Made by a program: the position numbers and the translations under genes. Below are positions 45,793 to 57,200 of a DNA stretch of 64,000 nucleotides, piece by piece. The stretch spans positions 224,001 to 288,000 of the forward strand of contig CANMWZ010000001.1 of assembly GCA_947501605.1 (NCBI GenBank), in the 5' to 3' direction. Under the pieces are notes generated by a model. It saw only the letters and a program-made list of their open reading frames with translations, was not told the origin of the DNA and searched no databases. Origin of the DNA: Planctomycetota bacterium. Its GTDB lineage: Bacteria > Planctomycetota > UBA1135 > UBA2386. Position 1 is the stretch's first letter. Each line of letters opens with the position of its first letter.

Positions 45793-46436
45793 CCCGCGGG
45801 TTTGCGCGAAGCCTCCCCGGAGAACTGCTCGCCAGAAAGGCCAAGCCCGCGCGCCGCTAGCATCTGCTCCACATACTTGGCGATTACGTCGACCTCGACG
45901 TGCAGCCCGTCGCCAACGCCCTTGCGTCCTAGGGTCGTCCACTGCGCCGTGTGCGGAATGACCGCGATTCGGACCCCGTTGTCGGTCAGCGCGGCAATCG
46001 TCAGGGACACTCCGTCGAGGGTGATCGAGCCCTTCTCGACGCAGTAACGACGCAGCTCGGGCGGGACCATTGCCCCCAGGGTCCCACCCGCCGCTTCGTC
46101 GATGGTCGCGGTCACCGCCCCAACCCCGTCAACGTGACCCTGGACCAGATGCCCGCCCAGGGGATCGCCAGCCCGGAGGGCTCCTTCGAGGTTGAGCCGG
46201 TCGCCAAGCCTGGCTGTGCCCAGCCAAGTTCGGGCCAGCGTCTCCGGAGAGAGGTGAAAGGTAGCGCTCCCCCCATCGAGCCTCACCAGGGTGCAGCACA
46301 CCCCGGACAGCGCAATCGAGTCTCCGATCCGGAACGGGCCGGCCAGCCCACCCAACTCGACCTCGAGATCCCGGCCCGAACCGGCAGCTGCATTCCCGAA
46401 TACGGTGCCAATTGCCGCGACCAAACCTGTGAACAT
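45768..46436 (-). CDS. ribE: Riboflavin synthase (alpha chain)
   Basis: MFTGLV; GDSIALSGVCCT; LGGHLVQGHVDG; KGSITLDGVSLT; IPHT. Confidence 0.96.
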   Translation of the reverse strand: MFTGLVAAIGTVFGNAAAGSGRDLEVELGGLAGPFRIGDSIALSGVCCTLVRLDGGSATFHLSPETLARTWLGTARLGDRLNLEGALRAGDPLGGHLVQGHVDGVGAVTATIDEAAGGTLGAMVPPELRRYCVEKGSITLDGVSLTIAALTDNGVRIAVIPHTAQWTTLGRKGVGDGLHVEVDVIAKYVEQMLAARGLGLSGEQFSGEASRKPAGQNAPNRT

Positions 46437-46484
46437 GCGCGCAGGCTAGCCCCTTGCTCCGGCGAACCAAGTGCCAGCGGCTTC

Positions 46485-46513
46485 TTGACCACCCCGAGGC
46501 GCGCCCCTACTCT
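46485..46513 (+). promoter_or_regulatory. Putative sigma70 promoter of trmD-rplS
   Basis: TTGACC-N17-TACTCT, about 30 nt upstream of the trmD GTG. Confidence 0.65.
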
Positions 46514-46542
46514 CCCCCACCCTTTCTTCGCGGCCAAGCCCC

Positions 46543-47298
46543 GTGTTCTGTGCAATCCTGACGCTCTTTCCGGGGGCCTTACGCCCCTATCTGGACGAGA
46601 GCATTCTCGGGATTGCCCAGGCGCAGGGAAAGCTCGGAATCGAACTGATCGATTTCCGAGCGTTCACCACCGACCCGCACCGAACTGTCGACGATCGACC
46701 GTTTGGTGGCGGCCCCGGCATGGTGCTGAAGCCCGAACCGATCTTTGAAGCCATTGAGGATGTGGAGACCCGACGCGGGCCGTTCCACAAAATCCTGCTC
46801 TGCCCACGCGGCAAGACCTTCACGCAGCAGCGCGCGCGCGAGCTGTCCAAGTTGGACCAGCTCCTGTTCGTTTGCGGCCGCTACGAGGGTTATGACGAAC
46901 GCATCCGCCAGGGCATGTCCTTCGAGGAGATCTCGCTCGGCGACTTCATTGTCGCCGGGGGCGAACTCGCTGCGATGGCCGTGCTCGAAGCCAGCGTTCG
47001 CCTGATTCCAGGCGTGCTCGGTTGCGCGCAGTCTCCCGAACTCGAATCGTTCGAAGGCGACCTGCTCGACTATCCGCAGTACACCCGGCCGCGCAGCTAC
47101 CGCGGCATGGACGTGCCGCCGGTGCTGATGTCCGGTGACCACGCTGCCGTGGCGCGCTGGCGGCTCGAGCAGGCGCAACTCCTCACGGCCAAGAAACACC
47201 AACTCACCGCCGGTCCGAAGACCGACGGCCAACCCAAGACTGAGGGCTCCGACCCGCTTGCCGCAAGGCGCGGCGGTGGGATCGAGCCAGAGGCGTAG
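46543..47298 (+). CDS. trmD: tRNA (guanine37-N1)-methyltransferase
   Basis: VDDRPFGGGPGMVLKPEP; CGRYEGYDER; LDYPQYTRP. Confidence 0.98.
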   Translation: MFCAILTLFPGALRPYLDESILGIAQAQGKLGIELIDFRAFTTDPHRTVDDRPFGGGPGMVLKPEPIFEAIEDVETRRGPFHKILLCPRGKTFTQQRARELSKLDQLLFVCGRYEGYDERIRQGMSFEEISLGDFIVAGGELAAMAVLEASVRLIPGVLGCAQSPELESFEGDLLDYPQYTRPRSYRGMDVPPVLMSGDHAAVARWRLEQAQLLTAKKHQLTAGPKTDGQPKTEGSDPLAARRGGGIEPEA

Positions 47299-47304
47299 AC
47301 GACG

Positions 47305-47721
47305 ATGAACATCCTGCGGCAGATCGAAATCGAGAACATGAAGGCCTCCGTCCCGGACTTCGGGATCGGCGACACGGTCGATGTCCACTACCAGATCAAG
47401 GAAGGCGACAAGGAGCGCATCCAGGTGTTCTCGGGCACCGTGATCGCGATCACCGGCCGCGGCATCCGTCGCACGGCCCTGATCCGTCGCCTCGTCGCCG
47501 GCGAGGGCGTCGAACGGCGCTTCCCGATCCACTCGCCGCGCGTCGCCGACGTCCGCGTCAGGGGCCGGGGCAAGGCGCGTCGCGCCAAGCTCTACTACCT
47601 CCGCGAACTGGAAGGCAAGGCGACTCGCCTGAAGCCCAACATGGGCAAGGCCCGCTATCCGCGCTCGCTCAAGAGCAAAGCGGGTCAGGCCAAGCAAGAC
47701 GCGCCGAAGCAGGACTCGTAG
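47305..47721 (+). CDS. rplS: 50S ribosomal protein L19
   Basis: GDTVDVHYQIKEGDKERIQVF; GVERRFP; RRAKLYYLR. Confidence 0.99.
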   Translation: MNILRQIEIENMKASVPDFGIGDTVDVHYQIKEGDKERIQVFSGTVIAITGRGIRRTALIRRLVAGEGVERRFPIHSPRVADVRVRGRGKARRAKLYYLRELEGKATRLKPNMGKARYPRSLKSKAGQAKQDAPKQDS

Positions 47722-47852
47722 TTCCGAGTGCATCGTCGACTGCTGGTTGGTCGACCTGTGGGTCGATAACCGGTGGCGCCGCGACCGGCTCGCGGCGTAG
47801 TTCGTAAGAATCCTCCTATGCGCCGGGCGACTGCGGCCGGCGCTGTTTCACC

Positions 47853-50800
47853 ATGCTCGAGAACGCTCGCCGCCAGGTCATCCTGGTTCTGCTGACGATC
47901 GTCGGCGCCCTGCTCTGCTCGTACTTGATGACGCCAGGCTTCGGCATGGACCTCAAGGGCGGCAACCAACTGATCTACGAGGTGCCCGAAGAAGTCCTGG
48001 CCAAGTTGGTCAAGGCGGACGCGAACACTTCGATCGATGCGGTGATGGATCACACGGTCCGCATCGTGCGGGACCGCATCGACCCGACCGGCGTGCTCGA
48101 TGCTCTGGTCTCCCGCCGCGGCCAGAATGGCATCCTGATTGAGTTGCCCTACCGCGAGAAGTCCGAGCTCGACGTGATCAAGGCGCGGATCACCAGCCTC
48201 GGCAAGCTGGAGATGCGCATCGTTGCCTACCAGGGTTGGACGCAAGGCGAGTTGGCCTTCGATCTGCCCGCGGAGAAGCGGCGACTCGAAGACTGGCTGA
48301 AGACCGGCGGCAAGGAACTCGTCCTCGAGGACTACCGCAACATCGACCGATTCAACGACTCGCCCAACACTGGCCCGGTCGCATTCGGCAAGGTCCAGTG
48401 GGTCCCGCACCTCGTCGAGCCGCAACTCGAGAACAAGAAGCTGTGGAGCCTGCCCATGTCGATGGGCCAGTCCGGCGACGGTGTGCAACCGCTAGCGGAG
48501 TCAGTCGTCGCGGTGTTTGACCAAGCCGCCGACTTCAATGGTGGCATGCTGCCGGAAGCCCGCAGCAAGCAGGAGCGCCCGTTCCTCCTTGAGTATCTGG
48601 CCATCAACACCGCGGAGCGCCACTTCCGCGGCGAGGATTTGGATCCGAGCGGCGTCGGTGAGACCCGCTCCCCCGATGGTCGTCCTGCGGTGCACTACAA
48701 GATCCGCGACGAGCTGAGCGGCAAGTACGCCGACTGGTCGGGTCAGTACAAGAAGAAGCACAGTGCGATCATCCTCAACGGCGTGGTGCGCTCGGCTCCT
48801 TACTTCGTCGGACGCATTCCAGGCGTCGGCCAGATCAGCGGTTCGTTCACCTCGGCCGAGGTCAATGACCTCGTCAAGGTACTGCGCACCGGCTCGCTGC
48901 AAGTCGAGCCGCAGATGCTCAGCGACAGCTCGGTTGGCCCGACACTCGGCGCGCGGGCACTGCGCCTGGGTGAGATCTCGCTGATCGCAGGCACCCTCGC
49001 GGTGTTCGCGTTCATGCTCTGGTACTACAAGCTCGCCGGCGTCGTCGCCTGCATCACGTTGCTCCTCAACGTGCTGCTGCTGTGGGCTGCGGTGCTCTTC
49101 ATGCAGGCCACGATCACGCTGCCAGGCCTCGGCGGCATCGTCCTGACCATGGGCATGGCCGTCGACGCCAACGTGCTCATCTACGAGCGCATCCGCGAAG
49201 AAGCCGATCGGGGCAAGGACATGCTCCGCGCCGTACGCGCTGGTTTCGAACGCGCGATGTCGGCGATTCTCGACTCGAACATCACGACGTTTCTCACCGG
49301 GCTGGTGCTCTACAACGTCGGCGTCGGTCCCGTGCGAGGCTTCGCCGTCACGCTGATGGTCGGCATCGTCACCACGGTGTTCACGCAGTTCTTCGTGACG
49401 CGCCTCCTGTTCCACTTCCTTTTGGTCAAGGAGAAGCTGAAGGACTTCAAGGTGCGCCGGCTCTTGGCGCAGCCAACCTTCGACTACCTGCGCCATGGCA
49501 GGACTGCAGTTACCGGCAGCGTGATCGTGATTGCGCTTGGCTTGATCTACGCCATCGCGTTCGTGCCCTCGGAAGTGTCGCAGGGCATCGACTTCAAGGG
49601 CGGCGCCAACCTGCAGATGCTGGTGAAGCAGCCGACCGAGGTGGAGTCCATTGCGAACAAGCTGGCCGCTGACGCCGACTTCCAGCGCGACTTCCGCAAT
49701 GCCACGGTCAACACGATCGAGCAAGGTGCAGACGGCAAGGCCAGCTCATTCAATGTGCGCCTCAAGCTCACCGACACCATGCGTGCGCAGATCGAACTCG
49801 ACCGCACCGCATGGCGTGAACAGCGACGAGCAGCAGCAGACGCCGGCAACGAGCCGCCCGCGCCGTACGTCGCGCCCTACATCGCGCACATGCGACGCAT
49901 CTTCGCCGACGACCTCGTCCAGTCGGCGTACAGCGATCCAGACGTCATCCCGGGTACCAACAACGATGCGTTCGCGCAGATCACCTTGCACTTCCAGCGC
50001 CCGGTCGAAGTGCTGAAGCTGCAACAGCTGCTGGCGAAGGTGAAGGTGCCGCTGGCACGGGCCAGCATCCTTGGCAACACGGCTGCGACCCAATCGCAGG
50101 ACTTGTTTGTCGAATGGACCACGGGGCCGAAGACGACCAAGACGCAGCTGTTCGACTACATCCGCGAAGCGCTGGCCAAGGCCAAGACCGAAGACGCGCT
50201 CAAGGACATCGATGGCAACCCCGTCCGGCTGTCGGACCCCTTCCCGGAGGCCCAAGAGATCCAAGGGCGCATGGTCGGAGAGCTCCGCAATGCCGCAATC
50301 GGAGCGCTCATCCTGTCGTGGGGCCTGATCATCTTCTACCTCCGCGTTCGCTTCCACGAGTACAAGTACGGCATCGCTGCCGTCGCGGCCCTCGTGCACG
50401 ACGTGCTGGTCGCGTTCGTAGTCGTCGTTGCCTTCAACTACTTCGGTTGGGTGCACGCCGAGATCAACCTGAACATGATCGCCTGCTTCTTGACGATCAT
50501 TGGTTACTCGGTCAACGACACGATCGTCATCTTCGACCGCATCCGTGAGAACCTCGCCGAGGAGCAAAAGCTCGGTGGCCACCTGTCGCTGCCCAAGTTG
50601 ATCAACCTGTCGGTCAACCAGACGATGTCGCGCACGATCCTGACGACCGGCGTCACGCTGTTCGTCGTGCTCGCGCAGTTCCTGGTCAACTGGGGCACCG
50701 GCTCCGACCTGGAGTCGTTCTCGTTCGCCATGTTCGTGGGCATGATCAGCGGCACCTACAGCACGATCTTCATCGCGGCGCCGGTGTTGACCTGGATCGC

Positions 50801-50864
50801 CAACCGCTACCCGAGCACGTTCGCCGCGCCGACGCCGGCACCAGCCGAAGTCGTTGCCGAGTGA
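47853..50864 (+). CDS. secD: Protein translocase SecD-SecF fusion
   Basis: GMDLKGG; TLPGLGGIVLTMGMAVDANVLIYERIREE; GIDFKGG; IIGYSVNDTIVIFDRIRE. Confidence 0.97.
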   Translation: MLENARRQVILVLLTIVGALLCSYLMTPGFGMDLKGGNQLIYEVPEEVLAKLVKADANTSIDAVMDHTVRIVRDRIDPTGVLDALVSRRGQNGILIELPYREKSELDVIKARITSLGKLEMRIVAYQGWTQGELAFDLPAEKRRLEDWLKTGGKELVLEDYRNIDRFNDSPNTGPVAFGKVQWVPHLVEPQLENKKLWSLPMSMGQSGDGVQPLAESVVAVFDQAADFNGGMLPEARSKQERPFLLEYLAINTAERHFRGEDLDPSGVGETRSPDGRPAVHYKIRDELSGKYADWSGQYKKKHSAIILNGVVRSAPYFVGRIPGVGQISGSFTSAEVNDLVKVLRTGSLQVEPQMLSDSSVGPTLGARALRLGEISLIAGTLAVFAFMLWYYKLAGVVACITLLLNVLLLWAAVLFMQATITLPGLGGIVLTMGMAVDANVLIYERIREEADRGKDMLRAVRAGFERAMSAILDSNITTFLTGLVLYNVGVGPVRGFAVTLMVGIVTTVFTQFFVTRLLFHFLLVKEKLKDFKVRRLLAQPTFDYLRHGRTAVTGSVIVIALGLIYAIAFVPSEVSQGIDFKGGANLQMLVKQPTEVESIANKLAADADFQRDFRNATVNTIEQGADGKASSFNVRLKLTDTMRAQIELDRTAWREQRRAAADAGNEPPAPYVAPYIAHMRRIFADDLVQSAYSDPDVIPGTNNDAFAQITLHFQRPVEVLKLQQLLAKVKVPLARASILGNTAATQSQDLFVEWTTGPKTTKTQLFDYIREALAKAKTEDALKDIDGNPVRLSDPFPEAQEIQGRMVGELRNAAIGALILSWGLIIFYLRVRFHEYKYGIAAVAALVHDVLVAFVVVVAFNYFGWVHAEINLNMIACFLTIIGYSVNDTIVIFDRIRENLAEEQKLGGHLSLPKLINLSVNQTMSRTILTTGVTLFVVLAQFLVNWGTGSDLESFSFAMFVGMISGTYSTIFIAAPVLTWIANRYPSTFAAPTPAPAEVVAE

Positions 50865-50867
50865 GGC

Positions 50868-50937
50868 CCCCGGTAGTGAGCTCCCACTAGCGATGTCCCA
50901 GTAGAGATGTCCCAGTAGCGAAGTCCGCGCAGCGATC
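50868..50937 (+). repeat. Degenerate 14-bp tandem repeat, 4-5 units, upstream of nadB
   Basis: ccccggtagtgagc|tcccactagcgatg|tcccagtagagatg|tcccagtagcgaag|tccgcgcagcgatc. Confidence 0.8.
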
Positions 50938-51018
50938 GCTACCCTGTGATCGCGGCGCGGCGGCCCTTGCGGAATCCTCCGCCGGCCCTCCGACGCGCTG
51001 CTCCGGTGGCGCCCCTTC

Positions 51019-52689
51019 ATGGACCAGCACGCGATCGCGCACTTCCCGCCGCTCCTGCAGGGCTTCGACCTCCGGTCGATGCCGGTCCTTCGCACCGACG
51101 TGCTGGTGATCGGTGGCGGCATCGCTGGCTCGAGCGCGGCTCTGCATGCGGCGGATGCGGGCGCCGAAGTGCTGATGCTGACCAAGAGCCCGTTCAGCGA
51201 AACCAACACTTCCTGGGCCCAGGGTGGCATCGCAGCCGCCCAGCGAGCTGACGATAGCCTCGACCTGCACATCCTGGACACCCTGAAGGTCGGCATCGGC
51301 CTCAGTGACCGCACCGTCACTCGCGCGGTGGTCGCCGGCGCTCGCGATGCTCTGGCTTGGCTGCAACAACTGGGAGCCAACTTCGACCGCGAGGGCGGCG
51401 AGTTGGCGCTGTCGCGCGAAGGCGGCCACACCCGACACCGGGTCATTCATGCGGGCGGGGATTGCACCGGCGCCGAGATCCAACGAGCGCTGCTGGCCGC
51501 GGTCCAGCGCCACCCTCGCATCACACTCCGCTCGCCCGCGTTCGTCCGCGATCTCGTCGTTGCCAGCGGGCGCTGCTGCGGCGCGATCGTCGACGTCGAC
51601 GGCGCGGAACTCGCCGTCGAAGCCGGGTCAGCCGTGGTCGCGACCGGCGGAGCCGGCCAGATCTACCGCGAGACGACGAACCCCACGGGCGCCAGCGGCG
51701 ATGGCCACGCTCTCTGTTTTCGAGCCGGCGCGAGGATCGCCGACTGTGAGTTCGTTCAGTTCCACCCGACCACGCTGTACATCGCAGGGGCCTCGCGATT
51801 CCTGATCAGCGAAGTGGTCCGCGGCGCCGGAGCCGTACTCCGCGATCGCAATGGCACCGCCTTCATGCAAGGCGCGCACCCGATGGCCGACCTGGCGCCA
51901 CGCGACGTCACGAGCCGCTGCATCCTCGACCGCATGGTCGCGACGGGAGACACGAACGTCTACCTCGACCTCCGCCAGGTCGACGGCGACCCGGTGAAGC
52001 GCTTTCCATCGATCGCCAAGATCTGCAGCGCCTTCGACCTGGACCTACGCACGGACCTGATCCCGGTGCGACCTGGCGCGCACTACATGGTTGGCGGCGC
52101 GGTCACCGATCTCGATGGCCGCACTTCGGTGCCAGGCCTGTTCGCCGCCGGGGAGGTTGCCAGCACTGGCCTGCACGGCGCCAACCGACTCGCTTCGAAC
52201 TCGCTGCTCGAGGGCGCCGTGCTCGGCAAACAGGCGGGCATCGCGAGCGCCGCCCTCGCCAGAACGCACAGCAGCCAACTACCGCGCACTGCGACCGGTG
52301 CGCCGATGGTCGAAAACCCCCCGCGGCTCCAACTTGACGACCTGCTCTACTCGCTCAAGAGCCTGATGTGGCGGCAGGTCGGCCTGCGCCGGACAGCCGA
52401 AGGCCTCGCCGACGCGCAGGCGCGCATCGCCTACTGGCACCACTATCTCCAGCGCGCCGCGACTCCGGACCGCCGTGTGCTCGAACTGTCGAACATGCTG
52501 ACCGTGGCCGCCCTCGTCACCGAGGGCGCATGTCTGCGCGCTGAGTCCCGCGGCACCCACTACCGCGACGATCGACCAGCACGCGACGACGCGACGTTCT
52601 GCCGACGGATCTTCCTGCAGCGCGGCGCGGATGGTCAGATTGTCGCGGAGCAGGGCCCACTCTTCGAGCCCACGGACCAGCAGGCGTGA
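51019..52689 (+). CDS. nadB: L-aspartate oxidase
   Basis: VIGGGIAG; NTSWAQGGIAA; QFHPT; LISEVVRGAG; LAPRDV; GLHGANRLASNSLLEG; ESRGTHYR. Confidence 0.96.
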   Translation: MDQHAIAHFPPLLQGFDLRSMPVLRTDVLVIGGGIAGSSAALHAADAGAEVLMLTKSPFSETNTSWAQGGIAAAQRADDSLDLHILDTLKVGIGLSDRTVTRAVVAGARDALAWLQQLGANFDREGGELALSREGGHTRHRVIHAGGDCTGAEIQRALLAAVQRHPRITLRSPAFVRDLVVASGRCCGAIVDVDGAELAVEAGSAVVATGGAGQIYRETTNPTGASGDGHALCFRAGARIADCEFVQFHPTTLYIAGASRFLISEVVRGAGAVLRDRNGTAFMQGAHPMADLAPRDVTSRCILDRMVATGDTNVYLDLRQVDGDPVKRFPSIAKICSAFDLDLRTDLIPVRPGAHYMVGGAVTDLDGRTSVPGLFAAGEVASTGLHGANRLASNSLLEGAVLGKQAGIASAALARTHSSQLPRTATGAPMVENPPRLQLDDLLYSLKSLMWRQVGLRRTAEGLADAQARIAYWHHYLQRAATPDRRVLELSNMLTVAALVTEGACLRAESRGTHYRDDRPARDDATFCRRIFLQRGADGQIVAEQGPLFEPTDQQA

Positions 52690-54098
52690 CCAACCCACAA
52701 GACATCGAACGCGACTACAGCGCCGGACACGGCACGGAAGCCGTGTTGTTCGGCGTAGTCCAGCACGGCGAGCAACGCACCGCAGCAGAGGCGTTGCATG
52801 AACTCCAGTTGCTGGCGAGCACTGCCGACTACGTGGTCGCCGGCTGCATGGTCCAGCACCGGCGCCATCCCGATCCGCACACCTACCTCGGCGCTGGCAA
52901 GCTCGCCGAGTTGGCCGAGGTCGTGAAGCTCGCGCGCTCTGGTGCGGTGATCTGCGATGACTCGCTGACACCCAACCAGGCGCGACACGTCGAGACGGCC
53001 GTCGGCGTGCCGGTTCTCGATCGCAGCGAACTGATCCTTCAGATCTTCTCGATGCACGCCCGCACGCCGCAAGCCCGACTGCAGGTCGAACTGGCGGCAC
53101 TGCAGTACGAGATGCCTCGACTGCGCCGCAAGTGGACCCACCTCGAGCGCCAGCGCGGCGGCATCGGCGTTCGCGGCGGCGCTGGCGAGAAACAGATCGA
53201 CGTCGATCGCCACATGCTCCGCCAACGCATCTCAGCGGTCGCGCGCGAACTCAAGGGCATTGAGCAGCACAAGATCCGCGAAGTCGCAGCGCGCCCTGAA
53301 CTCTTCACGGTTGCACTCGTCGGCTACACCAACGCCGGCAAGTCGTCACTGATGAACCGCCTCTGCGATGCTGGCGTGCTCGCCGAGAACAAGCTGTTTT
53401 CGACGCTCGACACCCGCACCCGCCCTTGGCGACTCCCCGGCGGCCGCACGATCCTGCTCACCGACACCGTCGGCTTCATCAAGAAGCTGCCGCACGAGCT
53501 GGTCGCGAGCTTCCATGCGACGCTCGAAGAAGCGCTGGCAGCGGACTTGTTGCTCGTCTTGATCGACGGCAGCTCCCCAGAAGCCGCCGAGCAGCTCGCG
53601 ACCGTCAACGAGGTTCTGGAGTCGTTGCATGCCGCCGATCTCGCGCGCATCACGGTGATCAACAAGTTGGACCTCGTCGCCGACCGCGGCAGTCTGGCTG
53701 AGCTCTGGCAATCGGATCAGCGGGCCGTCGCGATTTCGGCACTCACGGGGGAAGGCCTCGAGGAGCTCTTCTCCTCGATCCAGAGCCAGGTCGCGCAGGT
53801 CGAGAACCGTTGCTCTCTGCTGGTGCCGCATACCGCCGGCGCGCTGTTGTCGCACATTCGCGCCAAAGCCACGGTGCTGAGCGAGTTCTACACGCAGCAA
53901 GGCTGCCTCGTGGAAGTGCAAGTGTCCCCGGCACTGCTGGGGCGCCTCTTGTCCGAAGGGGCACGCTATGCCGAGCCCACGGACCTGCCGGCAGATGCGC
54001 CGGTACAGCTGGTTGCCGTCGACGACGACGACGACGACATCGACGAAGCACCCGCTACAACCCGCGACGCGGACGACCTCGACCCGCCACCCGCGTGA
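52686..54098 (+). CDS. hflX: Ribosome-splitting GTPase HflX
   Basis: ILQIFSMHART; GEKQIDVDR; VGYTNAGKS; LFSTLDT; DTVGFI; NKLD. Confidence 0.97.
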   Translation: MTNPQDIERDYSAGHGTEAVLFGVVQHGEQRTAAEALHELQLLASTADYVVAGCMVQHRRHPDPHTYLGAGKLAELAEVVKLARSGAVICDDSLTPNQARHVETAVGVPVLDRSELILQIFSMHARTPQARLQVELAALQYEMPRLRRKWTHLERQRGGIGVRGGAGEKQIDVDRHMLRQRISAVARELKGIEQHKIREVAARPELFTVALVGYTNAGKSSLMNRLCDAGVLAENKLFSTLDTRTRPWRLPGGRTILLTDTVGFIKKLPHELVASFHATLEEALAADLLLVLIDGSSPEAAEQLATVNEVLESLHAADLARITVINKLDLVADRGSLAELWQSDQRAVAISALTGEGLEELFSSIQSQVAQVENRCSLLVPHTAGALLSHIRAKATVLSEFYTQQGCLVEVQVSPALLGRLLSEGARYAEPTDLPADAPVQLVAVDDDDDDIDEAPATTRDADDLDPPPA

Positions 54099-54287
54099 CC
54101 AGACGGCTGGAAACAGCCTTCCACATGCCCCGGTGAGCGAGGCTGAGCCACGACGGACGAGGGCCAGGGATGACCTCGCCGCGGGATCCTGTGATTCCGA
54201 GCAGCGATCGCGACACCGCCAACGGCCGCCCCAGTGGGCAGCAGCCCTTGGCGAAATGGGAAACGAGCTCCAGGGTCTTGGCCGGCG

Positions 54288-57200
54288 CTACGCGAGGACC
54301 ACCAGCAGATCGCCACCCTGCACGCGAGCGTTGACGTCGGTGCACAGCTCGCGAACGGTTCCAGCGTGCGGCGCTCGCACCACAGTCTCCATCTTCATGG
54401 CTTCGAGTGTCAGCAGCTGGGCGCCGGCCTCGATCACCTCCCCTTCGCGCACGTGCACAGCGATCACGCGGCCCGGCATCGGCGAACCGATCTCGCCCGG
54501 ACGGCCGGCGTCGGCGCGACGCCGAGTTTCGACGGTCTTCGCCAACGACTTGTCGGGCACCGTGACGTGCCGGTTTTGACCGTTGAGCTTCCAGTAGACA
54601 GTGACGTTGCCGTCGTCGTCGGGCTCCCCTACCGCCTCGAGAGCAATCACCAGCGTCTTCCCGGGTTCGATCTCGACCCACACTTCTTGACCGATCTCGA
54701 GTCCGTAGAAGTAGACCGGCGAAGTCAGCATCGAAACGTCCCCGCACTGCGCCACAAACCGGCAGTAGTCGTCGAGGACCCGCGGATAGAGCGCATAGCT
54801 CACGACATCGCGGAACGCCGGCTCGCGCCCCATCCGCAGAGCGAGATGCGCGTGTGCCTTCTGGAAGTCGAATGGTGGCAATCCATCGCTTGGGTTGCCG
54901 GTGACCACGGACTGGCCCTTCAGCACCGCATGCTGGAGATCGGCCGGGAAGCCGCCAGGAGGCTGACCAAGCTGGCCTTGGAAGTACTGCACGACGCTCT
55001 GCGGGAAGTCGAGGCGAACCGCGGCGGCCAGCACCCGTCGCCGCGTACCTTCGCACATGAGTTTGAAGTCCGCGTCGAACTCGAGCAGATCGTTCTGCAC
55101 CACGAAGATGGCGAAGTCGCCGACCATCTTGCTGCTCGGCGTGACCTTGGGGATGTCGCCGCACAACTGGTTGACGACCGCGAACGCGTGCTTCACGTCG
55201 TTCCAGCGGTGCAACAACCCGAGCGACGCGACCTGAGGGCGGAGGTTGCTGTACTGGCCCCCGGGGATCTCGTGGTAGTAGACCTCCGAAGTGCTGCTCT
55301 TGAGTCCGCACTCGAAGGGGGCGTAGTACTCGCGCACGGCCTCCCAGTAGTCGCACAGCGGCTGCATTGCCTTGTTCGTGAGCTTGGTCTCCTTGCTCGA
55401 ACCGCGCAGTGCTGCAATCAGCGCATTCATGCTCGGCTGCGACGTCAGCCCTGCCATTGGCGCCAACGCCACATCGACGATGTGCACGCCACAGTCGATT
55501 GCGGCCATGTAGGTCGCGACGCCGTTGCCCGACGTGTCGTGCGTGTGCAGGTGAATCGGCAGGGCAGTGACTTCGCGCAGCCGAGTCATCAGCAAGCGCG
55601 CAGCCTGCGGGCGCAACAGACCAGCCATGTCCTTGACGCACAGAATGTGGGCACCGAGGTCTTCGATGCGTCTGGCGAGGTCGGCGTAATAGTCGAGGCC
55701 GTACTTGGTGCGCGCTGGGTTGTCGACGTCGCCGGTGTAGCACATCGACACCTCGGCGATCTTGCCGGTCTTGAGCACGCGCTCGACCGACACCTTCATC
55801 GACGCCAGGTCATTGAGGCTGTCGAACACGCGGAACACGTCGATCCCGGCCCTTGCCGCTTCGTCGATGAAGCCCTCGACGACGTTCTGCGGGTAGCTCG
55901 TGTAGCCGACGGCGTTGGCGCCGCGCAGCAACATCTGGTGCATGACGTTGGGGATCGCCCGCTTCAGTTGGACGAGGCGATCCCACGGGTCTTCGTCGAG
56001 GAACCGGTAGGCGACGTCAAAGGTCGCGCCGCCCCACGTCTCCATGCTGAACAACTGGTGGCCCAAGTACGCCGTTGCGTGGGCCACAGCGATCATGTCC
56101 TTGGTCCGCACACGTGTCGCCAGCAACGACTGGTGCGCATCGCGCATCGTCGTGTCGGTGAGGAGCGGGTGCTTCTGGTTCTTGATCCACTCGACGATCT
56201 TGGCCGGCCCGCCCTCGTTCAGGATCGTGGCCGAGCCTGGCGGCAGCGGCTCGTTGGGAACCTTCGGGATGGGTCCGCTGAGGAAGTTGATGTCCTTCGG
56301 CCGTTGCTCCTTCTTGATCGTCGCGTGGCCGTTGACCACGACGTCGGCAAGATAGGTCAGCAGCTTGGTCGCTCGGTCCTTGCTGCGCTGAAACTCGAAC
56401 AGCGCCGGGGTCTCTTCGATGAAGCGCGTCCACGTCGCCCCGCGCAGGAACGTCTCGTGCACCAAGACGTTCTGCAGGAAGGGCAGGTTGGTCTTCACGC
56501 CGCGAATGCGAAACTCGCGCAGCGCCCGCAGTCCCTTCTGAGCCGCATGGGCCAGCGTCGGCCCATAGGTGATGCACTTCACCAAGAGCGAGTCGTAGTG
56601 ACCTGAAACCACGGTGCCGGCGAGCCCGTCGCCGCCATCCAGGCGAAGACCGAAGCCACCGGGAGCGCGGTAGGCGAGAATGGTGCCGGTATCAGGCAAG
56701 AAGTCGTTCGATGGGTCCTCGGTGGTGATGCGACACTGGATCGCATACCCGCGCGGACGCACGGCATTCTGCGAATAGATGCCGATCTCAGGACTCGCGA
56801 GTGCATGCCCCTCCTCGATGCGGATCTGCGCCTGCACGATATCGACGCCGGTGACTTGCTCGGTGACCGTGTGCTCGACCTGCAACCGAGGATTGACCTC
56901 GATGAAGTAGTGCTGTTCGTCGGCAACCAAGTACTCGAAGGTGCCGGCGTTGTGGTAGCCGACCGAGCGCGCGATCTTCAGCGTGTCCTCGAGCAGTCGC
57001 TGCCGCACTTGCTCACCGAGGTTTGGCGCCGGCGCGATCTCGACCACCTTTTGGTGACGTCGCTGAACCGAGCAGTCGCGTTCAAACAGGTGAACGACGT
57101 TACCGGTGAGGTCGCCCAGGACCTGCACTTCGATGTGGCGTACGCGCGGCAGAAACTTCTCGAGGAACACGACCGGACTGCCGAAGGCCGCCATCGACTC

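Noticed and set aside
46543..47721. trmD-rplS without rpsP-rimM
   Set aside because: Break-up of this operon is common, and a candidate promoter of its own explains it
50868..50937. Possible CRISPR mini-array
   Set aside because: The units are 14 bp, contiguous and spacer-free, and there are no cas genes in the window
54020..54040. (gac)n runs encoding poly-Asp tails in HflX and, similarly, in the HU/IHF protein
   Set aside because: In-frame low-complexity tails, not phase-variable tracts
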